This document shows, one piece after another, positions 1-7,974 of a DNA stretch of 25,803 bases. Origin of the DNA: Dehalococcoidia bacterium. GTDB lineage: Bacteria; Chloroflexota; Dehalococcoidia; JACVQG01; JAHKAY01. The position numbers and the translations under genes were made by a program. The first letter of the stretch is position 1, and each line of letters begins with the position of its first letter. The notes below the pieces were generated by a model. It ran no database searches. It was given only the letters and a program-made list of their open reading frames with translations, and was not told the DNA's origin. Where the stretch lies: contig JASLXN010000004.1 in the NCBI GenBank assembly GCA_030740315.1, positions 1-25,803 on the forward strand, read 5' to 3'.

Positions 1-371
1 AAGTTGTCCCTAGTGGAGTTTATCCCCTTAAGCACCTTCAGTGGGTTTCGGGCATGTACAGTTTCAGCATCCGCCGCCGGCCGGAACAGCCTGGCCGGCA
101 CGTTTGTGTCCCTCTTACTCCGCCCCCTCCGCAAAGAAAAGGTGCCTGTGTTTAACCAATTCTCACCGGCGGTAGCAGCCTACAGGTTGTCGTTTGTTGC
201 GCCCGCTATACACCTCCATCGGACGGACCTTAAATAAGTCCAGCTAAGTATGGCGTTATCCAGCAGGCTCTGAACAATCAAGTCAACACCCCTAACGTTG
301 TCCCGCAATCCGTCTGGGCGCCACCGAAGGGGGCACAGGTGGTGCCGGGGCGCCCTTGGTGTGGCCGCGGT

Positions 372-740
372 TCAAGCCAGGGCGATGGCCTCTATCTCTA
401 TGCGTGCTCCTAGGGCCATGGCGGCCACCTGCACGGTGGTCCGGGCAGGGGGTTCAAAGGGGAAGTAGCCGGCGTAGACCTCGTTCATGGCGGCGAAATC
501 GGCCATGTCTGCCAGGTAAACGGTGGTCTTAAGAACCTTCTCCATGGTGGAACCCGCATTTTTCAGCACTGAGGCGATGTTGTCCAGGGTCTGTCGGGTC
601 TCGGCCTCTATGCCTCCTCGGACCATTTCCGTGGTGCCGGGTAGCAGAGGGATGCTGCCGGATACAAAGACAAGACCGCCGGCCTTTACCGCCTGGCTAA
701 GGGGTACCCTCTTCAAAGGCCCTATAACCTCTCTATCCAT
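372..740 (-). CDS. ridA: RidA/YjgF/YER057c/UK114 family enamine/imine deaminase
   Basis: Motifs LVFVSGSIP, VLKTTVYLADMADFAAMNEVY and PARTTVQV (catalytic Arg), plus IEIEAIA. Start placed at ATG 740, downstream of SD AAGGAGG, rather than at the ORF-track start 779. Confidence 0.9.
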   Translation of the reverse strand: MDREVIGPLKRVPLSQAVKAGGLVFVSGSIPLLPGTTEMVRGGIEAETRQTLDNIASVLKNAGSTMEKVLKTTVYLADMADFAAMNEVYAGYFPFEPPARTTVQVAAMALGARIEIEAIALA

Positions 741-977
741 GGGCTCCTCCTTGAGAAAATAGTATCCAAAATCATACACCTATTCTCGAGGCCGTATCCG
801 TTTTGGCGTTGGGGCGATTTATACCGGGTGCCTGCGGTGTCCAGTCCAGGCAGTGTGTTACGGGAGCGTGTAGGGCGTTGAATAAAAAAGGGGAACAGCC
901 AGGGATAAGGAATGACCCATCCTCATACCACCGGGGAGAGTGATGGCCGCGATGGTAGGATGTTTGCTTACGGGGCC

Positions 978-1799
978 CTATTTGACCTTCCATCTGGAAA
1001 CGGGCCCCTCTATGCCCCTGTGGGTGGGGGCATAGAGGGGCCCGTAGGGGCGGAGGTAGAGGGGGAAGAGCTTGACGAAAGGCTGATCCAACACCTTTGC
1101 TGGCTCCACCTCAAAGTAGCCGCAGTACTCGGTTACCAATTCCTCAAGCAGCTTCTCCTCATCCTCATCGGGCTGGGTCACCCCCACCTCTTTACCCAAC
1201 TGGTGCTCTTCCACGACGCCCCGTAGGAAAATCACGCCGGCGTGCATGCCGGTTCCTATGAATCTGGCCAGGTGGTGCGCACTTTTCCCCAGGGTCAGCC
1301 CCAGGGCCACCAAGACGCCTCCAGCCATGTACTCGCCCAGAAAGTCCTGAGCGGTGCCGCCGATGACCAGATTAGGACGCCTATCGCCAAACTCCTTCAT
1401 GTGGACCCCGGCCCGGTAGCCGACATCGTCCCGGACGAATATATTACCTCCCCGGGCGGAGAGGCCGGTGATATCACCCGCCATGCCGTGTACGATGATG
1501 GTGCCGCGGTTCATGGTGTTCCCGCAGCCATCCTGGGCGTTGCCATGTACCGTAACCCGCGGGCCATCCAAGAAAGACCCCAAGTCATTGCCGGGGACGC
1601 CGAAGATTTCTATCTGCACCGGACGGTCCAAGTCAGTGCCGATGTAGCGCTGCCCGGCCACGCCGTGCAGTTCAATCCGGTCGGCCCCATCCGCCACCAG
1701 GGATCTGAGGATGCTGTTCAACTCCCTATAATGTAGCCCTGCGGTTTCCACCCGGGCCACAGAACCGTTCTCGTGGAGTTTTACCCGCTCTACCCTCAT
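978..1799 (-). CDS. gltB3: Glutamate synthase GXGXG (GltB domain 3 / FwdC-like) stand-alone subunit
   Basis: Repeated GxGxxG/GDxxG beta-helix motifs (GQRYIGT, GNDLGSF, GNAQDGCGNTM, GDITG, GYRAGVHM, AQDFLGEYMAGG). Last gene of the operon. Confidence 0.88.
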   Translation of the reverse strand: MRVERVKLHENGSVARVETAGLHYRELNSILRSLVADGADRIELHGVAGQRYIGTDLDRPVQIEIFGVPGNDLGSFLDGPRVTVHGNAQDGCGNTMNRGTIIVHGMAGDITGLSARGGNIFVRDDVGYRAGVHMKEFGDRRPNLVIGGTAQDFLGEYMAGGVLVALGLTLGKSAHHLARFIGTGMHAGVIFLRGVVEEHQLGKEVGVTQPDEDEEKLLEELVTEYCGYFEVEPAKVLDQPFVKLFPLYLRPYGPLYAPTHRGIEGPVSRWKVK

Positions 1800-1803
1800 C
1801 GTC

Positions 1804-3381
1804 TCACTCCCCGGCCAGACTCACCCCTAGGATATCCGCCTCCTCCCTGGTGAGTCCCACACCCCGCAGGTGCAGCCGATTACCGCGTAGGCTCTCTATA
1901 GCATTTATTCCCATAGCGCCCAGCATTTCCTTAATCTCATGGCTCCAAGCCTCTACGAGGTTGGCTATCCGCTGCGCTGCAATCTCCGGGTTCTGGCGCT
2001 TGGTCAGCTTATCATCGGTGGTGGTAATTCCCCAGGCACACCTGCCGGTGTAGCACGCCTGACATTCGGTGCAGCCCATAGCGATGAGGGCTGCAGTACC
2101 GATGTAGACGGCATCCACCCCCAGTGCGATGGCTTTGGTGACATCGCCGCTGTTCCGAAAGCCGCCTGCGGCCACCAGGGACACCCGGTTGCGGATGCCC
2201 TCGCTGCGCAGCCTCTGGTCTACGGAGGCTATAGCCATCTCAATAGGGATGCCCAAGTTGTCCCTGATAATCTTGGGGGCCGCCCCAGTTGAGCCCCTAA
2301 TGCCGTCCAGAGCGATGATGTCCGCACCGGCGCGGGCAATACCCGAGGCGATGGCACCGGAGTTGTGCACAGCCGCAATCTTGACGCTGACTGGTTTAGT
2401 ATAGTTGGTGGCCTCTTTCAAGGCGTATATGAGTTGGGACAGGTCCTCAATGGAGTAAATATCGTGTTGCGGGGCCGGAGAGAGAGCATCGGTCCCGGTG
2501 GGAATCATGCGGGTTGTAGCCACCTCGGCGCTGATTTTTTCCCCCGGCAGGTGGCCCCCGATGCCCGGTTTGGCACCCTGGCCTATCTTGATTTCAAGCA
2601 CACGGGCCACATCTAGGTATTCCGGGTGGACCCCAAAGCGGCCTGAAGCCACCTGGGCGATGGTGTTGCCGCCATACCTGTAGAGCTTGGGGTGCAGCCC
2701 TCCCTCACCGGTGTTGAAAAGGGTACCCAGCATGGACGCCGCACGGGCCAGCGACTCATGGACATTGATACTTACGGCGCCGTAAGACATGGCCGAAAAG
2801 AGCACGGGGGTCTCTATCATGATCTGAGGGGCCAGCCGAGTGCCGAGCCTCCCAGTTGCGGGGTCGATCTGCACCTGGTCCGGTTTGCTGCCCAGGTAAG
2901 TCCTCAATTCCATAGGCTCCCGGAGGGGGTCTATGGAGGGGTTGGTGACCTGGCTGGCGTTGAGGCAAAGCTTGTCCCAGTAGCTTGTCCAGGGCTTATC
3001 GTTGCCCATGCCGGTGATGAGAACGCCGCCGGTCTCCGCCTGGCGAGTGATGTCTTCAATCACCTCCGGTCGCCAATAGGCGTTGTCCCGGTACTCCACC
3101 GGGTTGTGGCGAATTTCAATGGCACTGGTGGGGCAGAACACCACGCAGCGGTGACAGCCCACGCAGTTGGTGTCAACGGCCTCAACCCGGTCGGCGGACT
3201 CATCATAATACTGTGCCCCAAAGCTGCACTGCTCCACACAGCCCTGGCAGCGTATGCACCTGCGGTCACTGCGCTCCACCCGAAAACGGGGCTTCAGATA
3301 GCTCGGCATATGGCAATGGTAGCTGGGGAGGGCGGTGCTCTGGGCATGGCTGGCCTTGGGGTTGTTCTTGATAACGGTCAT
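1804..3381 (-). CDS. gltB2: Glutamate synthase FMN-binding subunit with N-terminal 2x[4Fe-4S] ferredoxin domain (GltB domain 2, archaeal-type GltS)
   Basis: CxxCxxCxxxC twice at the N-terminus; AMSYGAVS, NTGEGG, QVASGRFGV, EIKIGQGAKPGIGGHLPGEK, VSVKI and C-terminal CxxCxxCxxxxC. Start 3381 overlaps the upstream stop (ATGA). Confidence 0.92.
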   Translation of the reverse strand: MTVIKNNPKASHAQSTALPSYHCHMPSYLKPRFRVERSDRRCIRCQGCVEQCSFGAQYYDESADRVEAVDTNCVGCHRCVVFCPTSAIEIRHNPVEYRDNAYWRPEVIEDITRQAETGGVLITGMGNDKPWTSYWDKLCLNASQVTNPSIDPLREPMELRTYLGSKPDQVQIDPATGRLGTRLAPQIMIETPVLFSAMSYGAVSINVHESLARAASMLGTLFNTGEGGLHPKLYRYGGNTIAQVASGRFGVHPEYLDVARVLEIKIGQGAKPGIGGHLPGEKISAEVATTRMIPTGTDALSPAPQHDIYSIEDLSQLIYALKEATNYTKPVSVKIAAVHNSGAIASGIARAGADIIALDGIRGSTGAAPKIIRDNLGIPIEMAIASVDQRLRSEGIRNRVSLVAAGGFRNSGDVTKAIALGVDAVYIGTAALIAMGCTECQACYTGRCAWGITTTDDKLTKRQNPEIAAQRIANLVEAWSHEIKEMLGAMGINAIESLRGNRLHLRGVGLTREEADILGVSLAGE

Positions 3382-4529
3382 CGGCCCACCGCTTCGCGGT
3401 TCTGGACATCCCATTCCTTGGGAAGCGCCACAGGCTCTCCCAGTCTCCCCACCACCGGCTCCCCGCCTCGCGGTTTCCAAGAGCGCTCTATATCAGGGCA
3501 CACCAGCGTTATGGCCGACTCCTCAGAGGAGATAAAGAGCACATCACCCTTGACGGCTGCGCTGAGGGGGCGCAGCCGGATGCGGTCCGTCAAGCCAATC
3601 ATCTCTCCGTTGTGGGCAATGATGAGCGTGAAAGGCCCGTTAAGGAGTAGGCCACCGTATGCCTGGCGGAGTGCCGTTACCATCTCCCTCTTCTCATCGG
3701 GCATGCGGTCCACCTCTTCCCACAGGGGTGAAGCGAGCACCGTGGCCATGGTGGAGACGGGTAGGCCGTGGCGACGCACCAGCAGATCTACGGCATAGGC
3801 GGCCACCTCGGTGTCCGTCTGCATGGTGCAGTGGTATCCATGCATCTCCAGGTAGCGCCTGTTGATGCCGTAGGAGGAAATCTCGCCATTGTGCACCACG
3901 GTCCAGTCCAAGATGTTGAAGGGGTGGGCGCCACCCCACCAGCCGGGTGTGTTGGTAGGGAACCGGCCGTGGGAGGTCCACAAATATCCCTCGTAGTCCT
4001 CCAGCCGGTAGAAATCGGCCACATCCTCTGGGAAGCCAATCCCTTTGAACACGCCCATGTTCTTGCCGCTGGAAAAGATGAAGGTATCCGGTATGGTGGT
4101 GTTGGCCTGCATCACTTTATCTACCACCAGGTCATCATCCGATACCACCAGGCAAGGGTCCTTGCGGGGGGTCACGAAATAGCGCCACAGCCCGGGTGGG
4201 TTTGTGACACCCGGACGGGTGCGTATGGGAATCTCCTCGGAACGAACCACATCGAACTCGTCTTTGAGGAAGACCTCGGTCTTATCCTTGGCGCTGCGGC
4301 CCATATACATTATATGGAGGGCATAGTAGTCTGCGAAGTCCGGGTAGAGGCCATACACGGCGAAGCCCCCACCCAGGCCGTTGCCCCGGTCATGCATATT
4401 GGCGATGGCCCGGACCGTATCCGCACCGGAGAAGAGCCGCCCGGAAACATCCATCATACCGAACAAGGAGCAGGCGTCTGTTACCTTATCGTCTTTGTAC
4501 CGATTATCTGGGTTTAATATATCTTTCAC
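3378..4529 (-). CDS. gltB1: Class II glutamine amidotransferase (GltB domain 1) stand-alone subunit
   Basis: DAC-SLFG N-terminal nucleophile Cys after a short propeptide; MHDRGNGLGGG, HGRFPTNT, AHPF, HNGEISSY, TDTEV, LNGPF and DRIRLRP. Confidence 0.9.
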   Translation of the reverse strand: MKDILNPDNRYKDDKVTDACSLFGMMDVSGRLFSGADTVRAIANMHDRGNGLGGGFAVYGLYPDFADYYALHIMYMGRSAKDKTEVFLKDEFDVVRSEEIPIRTRPGVTNPPGLWRYFVTPRKDPCLVVSDDDLVVDKVMQANTTIPDTFIFSSGKNMGVFKGIGFPEDVADFYRLEDYEGYLWTSHGRFPTNTPGWWGGAHPFNILDWTVVHNGEISSYGINRRYLEMHGYHCTMQTDTEVAAYAVDLLVRRHGLPVSTMATVLASPLWEEVDRMPDEKREMVTALRQAYGGLLLNGPFTLIIAHNGEMIGLTDRIRLRPLSAAVKGDVLFISSEESAITLVCPDIERSWKPRGGEPVVGRLGEPVALPKEWDVQNREAVGR

Positions 4530-4555
4530 AGTTCATCGCTTTCAGGTGTGACCGC

Positions 4556-5887
4556 TTATTTAGCCGCCAGGCCCCCGGCGAGGCTGCCCTCGTACCCCAT
4601 ACCACCATCGCCGAGCCAGGCGTCCCGAAGGGGCCGGGGGAGAGAGACCAGCCCAAAACCGTCCTCCAGTAAACGGTCCTGGAAGTCCACCACGGGCACA
4701 CGATCCCGCATCAGGCGGAACAGTACTCCCGCCTGGTCGATATCCCCTTGCAGTAGGAACCCCACCAGCCGCCCCTCCCGGAGCACTACCTTCTTGTAGA
4801 CTCCATTTTCGTTGACGGTATCGGTCTGAACGGAGTCTTCCGCACCAGGGTCGAACAGGCCCGCCGAGGCCAGAGCTATGTCAAAATAGCTGAAGGAGTT
4901 CATGGCAGTGCAGCCGTCGTATTCATGGTGGCCACCCGCCATGTTGAGCCCGGCGATACGCCCCCCTATGTAAGCGTTGGGCCATATGGCCACCACGCGA
5001 TGGGAGTCATAGATAAAATCATAGGCCTCAGCCACATCCCCGCAGGCAAACACCCCTGGCACGGTGGTCTCCATGTACCGATCCACCACGATACCACGGT
5101 TCACCTCTATGGGTGTCTCACGCACCAACTCTAACCTGGGGGCCACTCCCACGGCAACGCCCACCAGGTCGCAGGGAATCTCCTCTCCGCTGCTCAGAGT
5201 CACCGCACCCACCCGCGAAGGGTCCGACGACGCAGGTAGGATGCCAGCGACGCTGTGGCCGGTTACCACGCGCACCTCAAGCTCTCGCAGCCGGGCCTCA
5301 ACCATCGCAGAGGCTGTGGCATCCATCACGGCGGCTAGGGCACGATCCAGCAACTCCACCATCACAACCTCTACCCCCCCCCGCTGGATCAGGGCGCTGG
5401 TGAGGCTACAGCCGATTAGCCCACCACCCACCACCACCACTCGCCTGGCCCCCTGTTTGAGGGCGGCGTCTATGTTGCGAGCGTGGTCTATGGTGGTGAA
5501 CCTATGCACCCCGTTCAGCTCCAAGCCATCCATCCGGGGTGTAATTGGGACGCCGCCGGTGGCCAGCAACAGCCGTTCCCAGCCCAGGCGGTCCCCATTC
5601 TCCAGCACCACCTCCCGGCCCTCCAAGTCCAGCTGGGTCACCCGGGCGCCGAGGTACCGTTCCACCTTATGCCGGTCATAGAAATCTGGGGCTCTGAAGT
5701 ACATGCGGTCATCGAAGTCCCGCTCCCCCATGAGGAACTCGGAAATGGCGGGGCGGGAGTAGGCGGGGTAGGGTTCATCCGATACTAGGGCCAGCGACCC
5801 CTGTGAGTCCCCCTCGCGGATAGCCTCAACAGCACCAATACCCCCGGCCGAGTTACCGACTATTAGATATTTGTAACGGGCCAACAA
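4556..5887 (-). CDS. FAD-dependent pyridine nucleotide oxidoreductase (NirB-N/FNOR-like), probable NADH input module of the glutamate synthase
   Basis: GNSAGG FAD motif, LLLATGG, GGGLIG NAD motif followed by acidic VELLD, and TTVPGVFACGDVAE. TTG start after GGAGG. Confidence 0.85.
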   Translation of the reverse strand: MLARYKYLIVGNSAGGIGAVEAIREGDSQGSLALVSDEPYPAYSRPAISEFLMGERDFDDRMYFRAPDFYDRHKVERYLGARVTQLDLEGREVVLENGDRLGWERLLLATGGVPITPRMDGLELNGVHRFTTIDHARNIDAALKQGARRVVVVGGGLIGCSLTSALIQRGGVEVVMVELLDRALAAVMDATASAMVEARLRELEVRVVTGHSVAGILPASSDPSRVGAVTLSSGEEIPCDLVGVAVGVAPRLELVRETPIEVNRGIVVDRYMETTVPGVFACGDVAEAYDFIYDSHRVVAIWPNAYIGGRIAGLNMAGGHHEYDGCTAMNSFSYFDIALASAGLFDPGAEDSVQTDTVNENGVYKKVVLREGRLVGFLLQGDIDQAGVLFRLMRDRVPVVDFQDRLLEDGFGLVSLPRPLRDAWLGDGGMGYEGSLAGGLAAK

Positions 5888-5899
5888 TTTCCTCCAGGG

Positions 5900-6331
5900 T
5901 TACAGTACCAGTGCTCGGTTGGGGCAAACCGCAACGCATACGGGAACCTCCCGGTCAGAGCAGAGGTCGCACTTGATTATCTGTGATTTCTCGCTGTCCC
6001 TGGTGATGGCCCCGTTGGGACAGGCCAGGATACAGGTCCAACACCCGATGCACTTCTCGGGGTTGTAAGTGACCACGCCGGTCTCCGGGTTTTTGGTCAG
6101 TGCCCCGGAGACGCACGCCCAGGCGCATCGGGCCTCGTCGCAGTGCTGGCAGTTAAGGGCAAAAGAGGTGGCATCGCGCCTCTGCACGGAGATGCCTCTG
6201 GTAGGACTCGGCCTCTCGTCCTTGAAGGCCTTAATTACATCTTTGCTCTGCGAGTGCGCAGTGGCGCAATAGACCTCACAAAGACGGCAGTCTACGCAGT
6301 AGTCTTCCCGAAAGCGAACCCTGTTCACCAT
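5900..6331 (-). CDS. 4x[4Fe-4S] electron-transfer protein (DmsB/CooF/HydN-like)
   Basis: 16 Cys in four groups (CVDCRLCEVYC, CQHCDEARCAWAC, CIGCWTCILAC, CDLC..CVAVC). Start placed at ATG 6331. Confidence 0.88.
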   Translation of the reverse strand: MVNRVRFREDYCVDCRLCEVYCATAHSQSKDVIKAFKDERPSPTRGISVQRRDATSFALNCQHCDEARCAWACVSGALTKNPETGVVTYNPEKCIGCWTCILACPNGAITRDSEKSQIIKCDLCSDREVPVCVAVCPNRALVL

Positions 6332-6360
6332 GTGTCGCCCCTTTAACGTATAGGCCTTTA

Positions 6361-6390
6361 ATTCTCCCACGGATATGGCGCTGCTGTCAA
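6361..6390 (-). promoter_or_regulatory. Putative sigma70-type promoter of the glutamate synthase operon
   Basis: Minus strand: TTGACA (6390-6385), 18-bp spacer ending in TGg, then GAGAAT (6366-6361), 30 bp upstream of the ATG at 6331. Confidence 0.55.
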
Positions 6391-6532
6391 ATAGCGGGGG
6401 CGCTTCCCCTATCTGTGGGAAACGGGAACTAGCAATGGCCCGGTGCAGGGCGCGCAGAAAGGCCCTCAGTGGTAGAGGTTATGGTATCATTGAGACCGAA
6501 TAAATTCAAAGTCAGAACACAGGAGGCCGGAA

Positions 6533-7288
6533 ATGAAACTCTCAGGTAAAGTAGCCATCGTCACGGCCGCCGCCGGGGTGGGTATAGGGCAGGCCACCAC
6601 ACGGACCCTAGCCGAGAACGGTGCTCAGGTGGTAATCAGCGATGCCCACGCTAGCCGGCCAGCCACCGTGGCCAATGCCATCAAGGAGGAGTTCGGCGTA
6701 TCCACCATGGGCGTCCAGTGCGATGTGACCGATCGCGCCCAGGTGGACGAAATGGTCAAGAAGACTCTGGACGCCTTCGGTCGCATCGATATCCTGGTGA
6801 ACAATGCGGGCACCAACCGGGTAAGCAAAGTGGTAGATATGACCGATGAAAGCTGGGATCTGGTCATCAATGTTAACCTCAAGGGCACCTTTTACTGCAC
6901 CCGCGCCGTGCTGCCCACCATGATTGGCCAGAAGGGTGGAAAGATAATAAACCTGTCTTCCGTGGCGGGCTGGATGGGCGCTGCCGATGACGGCGCTCCC
7001 TATTGCACAGCCAAGGCCGGCCTACAGGCCTTCACCAAGGTGGTGGCCCACGAAGTGGCCGAGCACAATATCAATGTAAACGCCATCGCCCCCGGCCTTA
7101 TCCCCAACGAGTTCCTAGGACGGCTCTACCCGCAGGAGTTCTTTGAGGAGATGAGGCAGAAGACCCCCATAAAGCGGGACGGCAGGCCTTCCGATATAGC
7201 CAACGCTATCCTTTTCCTGGTATCGGAAGATTCCAGCTTCATTACGGGCGAGACCCTATGCGTGAGCGGCGGAGTGTATATGCGCTAA
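6533..7288 (+). CDS. Classical SDR oxidoreductase (FabG/IpdF-like)
   Basis: TAAAGVGIG variant glycine motif, CDVT, LVNNAG and YCTAK catalytic motif. SD AGGAGG upstream; TGgTATCAT extended -10 near 6482-6490. Confidence 0.9.
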   Translation: MKLSGKVAIVTAAAGVGIGQATTRTLAENGAQVVISDAHASRPATVANAIKEEFGVSTMGVQCDVTDRAQVDEMVKKTLDAFGRIDILVNNAGTNRVSKVVDMTDESWDLVINVNLKGTFYCTRAVLPTMIGQKGGKIINLSSVAGWMGAADDGAPYCTAKAGLQAFTKVVAHEVAEHNINVNAIAPGLIPNEFLGRLYPQEFFEEMRQKTPIKRDGRPSDIANAILFLVSEDSSFITGETLCVSGGVYMR

Positions 7289-7614
7289 AAAGAGCACGTC
7301 CTTGCCGGATGCAGTCAGTTCAGATATAGCCAGATCAAAGCCCGTGGATGTTTCGCCCTAAGTGCTTACTTAACCCTCCTTCTGACTTCATGAGGTGTGT
7401 AAGAGTATAACGAATGAAAGAGCGGCTCCGTGACAAATCAAGAGATGAGTTGACCTGGCACCTCTATATCTTGGGTCGGCGTAAACGCACAAATGGCTGA
7501 ACGTAGCCGGGTCGAAGATCACCCGCGAAGAACCTTTCCCTTTGGGACTCTTAGCAGCAACTGGGCGGTTTGACCGCCACAGACTTGGAAACATTTTACA
7601 GCCCACCCGTTAAG

Positions 7615-7637
7615 CATTCTGGGTACATTCTGGGTAC
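7615..7637. repeat. Tandem 11-bp direct repeat (CATTCTGGGTA x2), probable integrase arm-type site
   Basis: Exact tandem copies at 7615-7625 and 7626-7636, 50 bp from the tRNA 3' end. The function is inferred. Confidence 0.55.
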
Positions 7638-7686
7638 CAGGAAGCCAATAACCAGGGATTAATGTTAGCAAAAACCAGTGGTGCAA

Positions 7687-7763
7687 TGGTCGGGGTGGCC
7701 GGATTCGAACCGGCGACCCCCTGAACCCCATTCAGGTGCGCTACCTGGCTGCGCTACACCCCG
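7687..7763 (-). tRNA. tRNA-Pro (GGG), CCA encoded
   Basis: Minus strand CGGGGTGTAGCGCAGCCAGGTAGCGCA-CCTGA-ATGGGGT-TCAGG-GGGTCGCCGGTTCGAATCCGGCCACCCCGACCA: acceptor stem, anticodon loop with GGG, and GGTTCGAATCC T-loop. Confidence 0.97.
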
Positions 7764-7774
7764 GACCGTCATCA

Positions 7775-7803
7775 TTCTACTACACAAGGCTATATTTGGA
7801 AAG
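7775..7803 (-). promoter_or_regulatory. Putative tRNA-Pro promoter
   Basis: Minus strand TTTCCA-17 bp-TAGAAT just upstream of the tRNA. Confidence 0.4.
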
Positions 7804-7931
7804 CGACGATACTGAGACTGTTCCGCAGGCATTTATTTACACTCCCACCCACCCGGTAAACAGGTACGGGGAGACCGCCCAGCAGATATGGTTCTTGGGA
7901 AAGAGGGAAGGACAACCTGAGACACCGACGG

Positions 7932-7961
7932 TTGTGGACGGTGGTACGGTTGGAATATAAT
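7932..7961 (+). promoter_or_regulatory. Putative dnaE promoter (near-leaderless transcript)
   Basis: TTGTGG (7932-7937)-18 bp-TATAAT (7956-7961), 13 bp before the dnaE ATG, with no SD. Confidence 0.4.
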
Positions 7962-7974
7962 ATCATAGGCCCTG

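Noticed and set aside
4-237. 77-aa plus-strand ORF
   Set aside because: No recognisable motif, no SD and atypical composition; probably spurious.
772-993. 73-aa minus-strand ORF between gltB3 and ridA
   Set aside because: No family signal; overlaps the gltB3 end and the probable ridA promoter region.
2692-3798. 368-aa plus-strand ORF
   Set aside because: Antisense shadow of gltB2/gltB1 caused by high-GC codon bias.
978-6331. Selenocysteine/pyrrolysine recoding in the Fe-S and redox genes
   Set aside because: No in-frame TGA or TAG interrupts these genes. The only in-frame TAG seen is in the decayed IS3 orfA at a Trp position.
6371-6532. Possible nitrogen-regulator site or glutamine riboswitch upstream of the glt operon
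   Set aside because: No GGAA-N6-TTCC (NrpR), TGTNA-N7-TNACA (GlnR/TnrA) or glnA-RNA consensus found.
7519-7731. 70-aa ORF
   Set aside because: Starts inside tRNA-Pro and has no recognisable domain.
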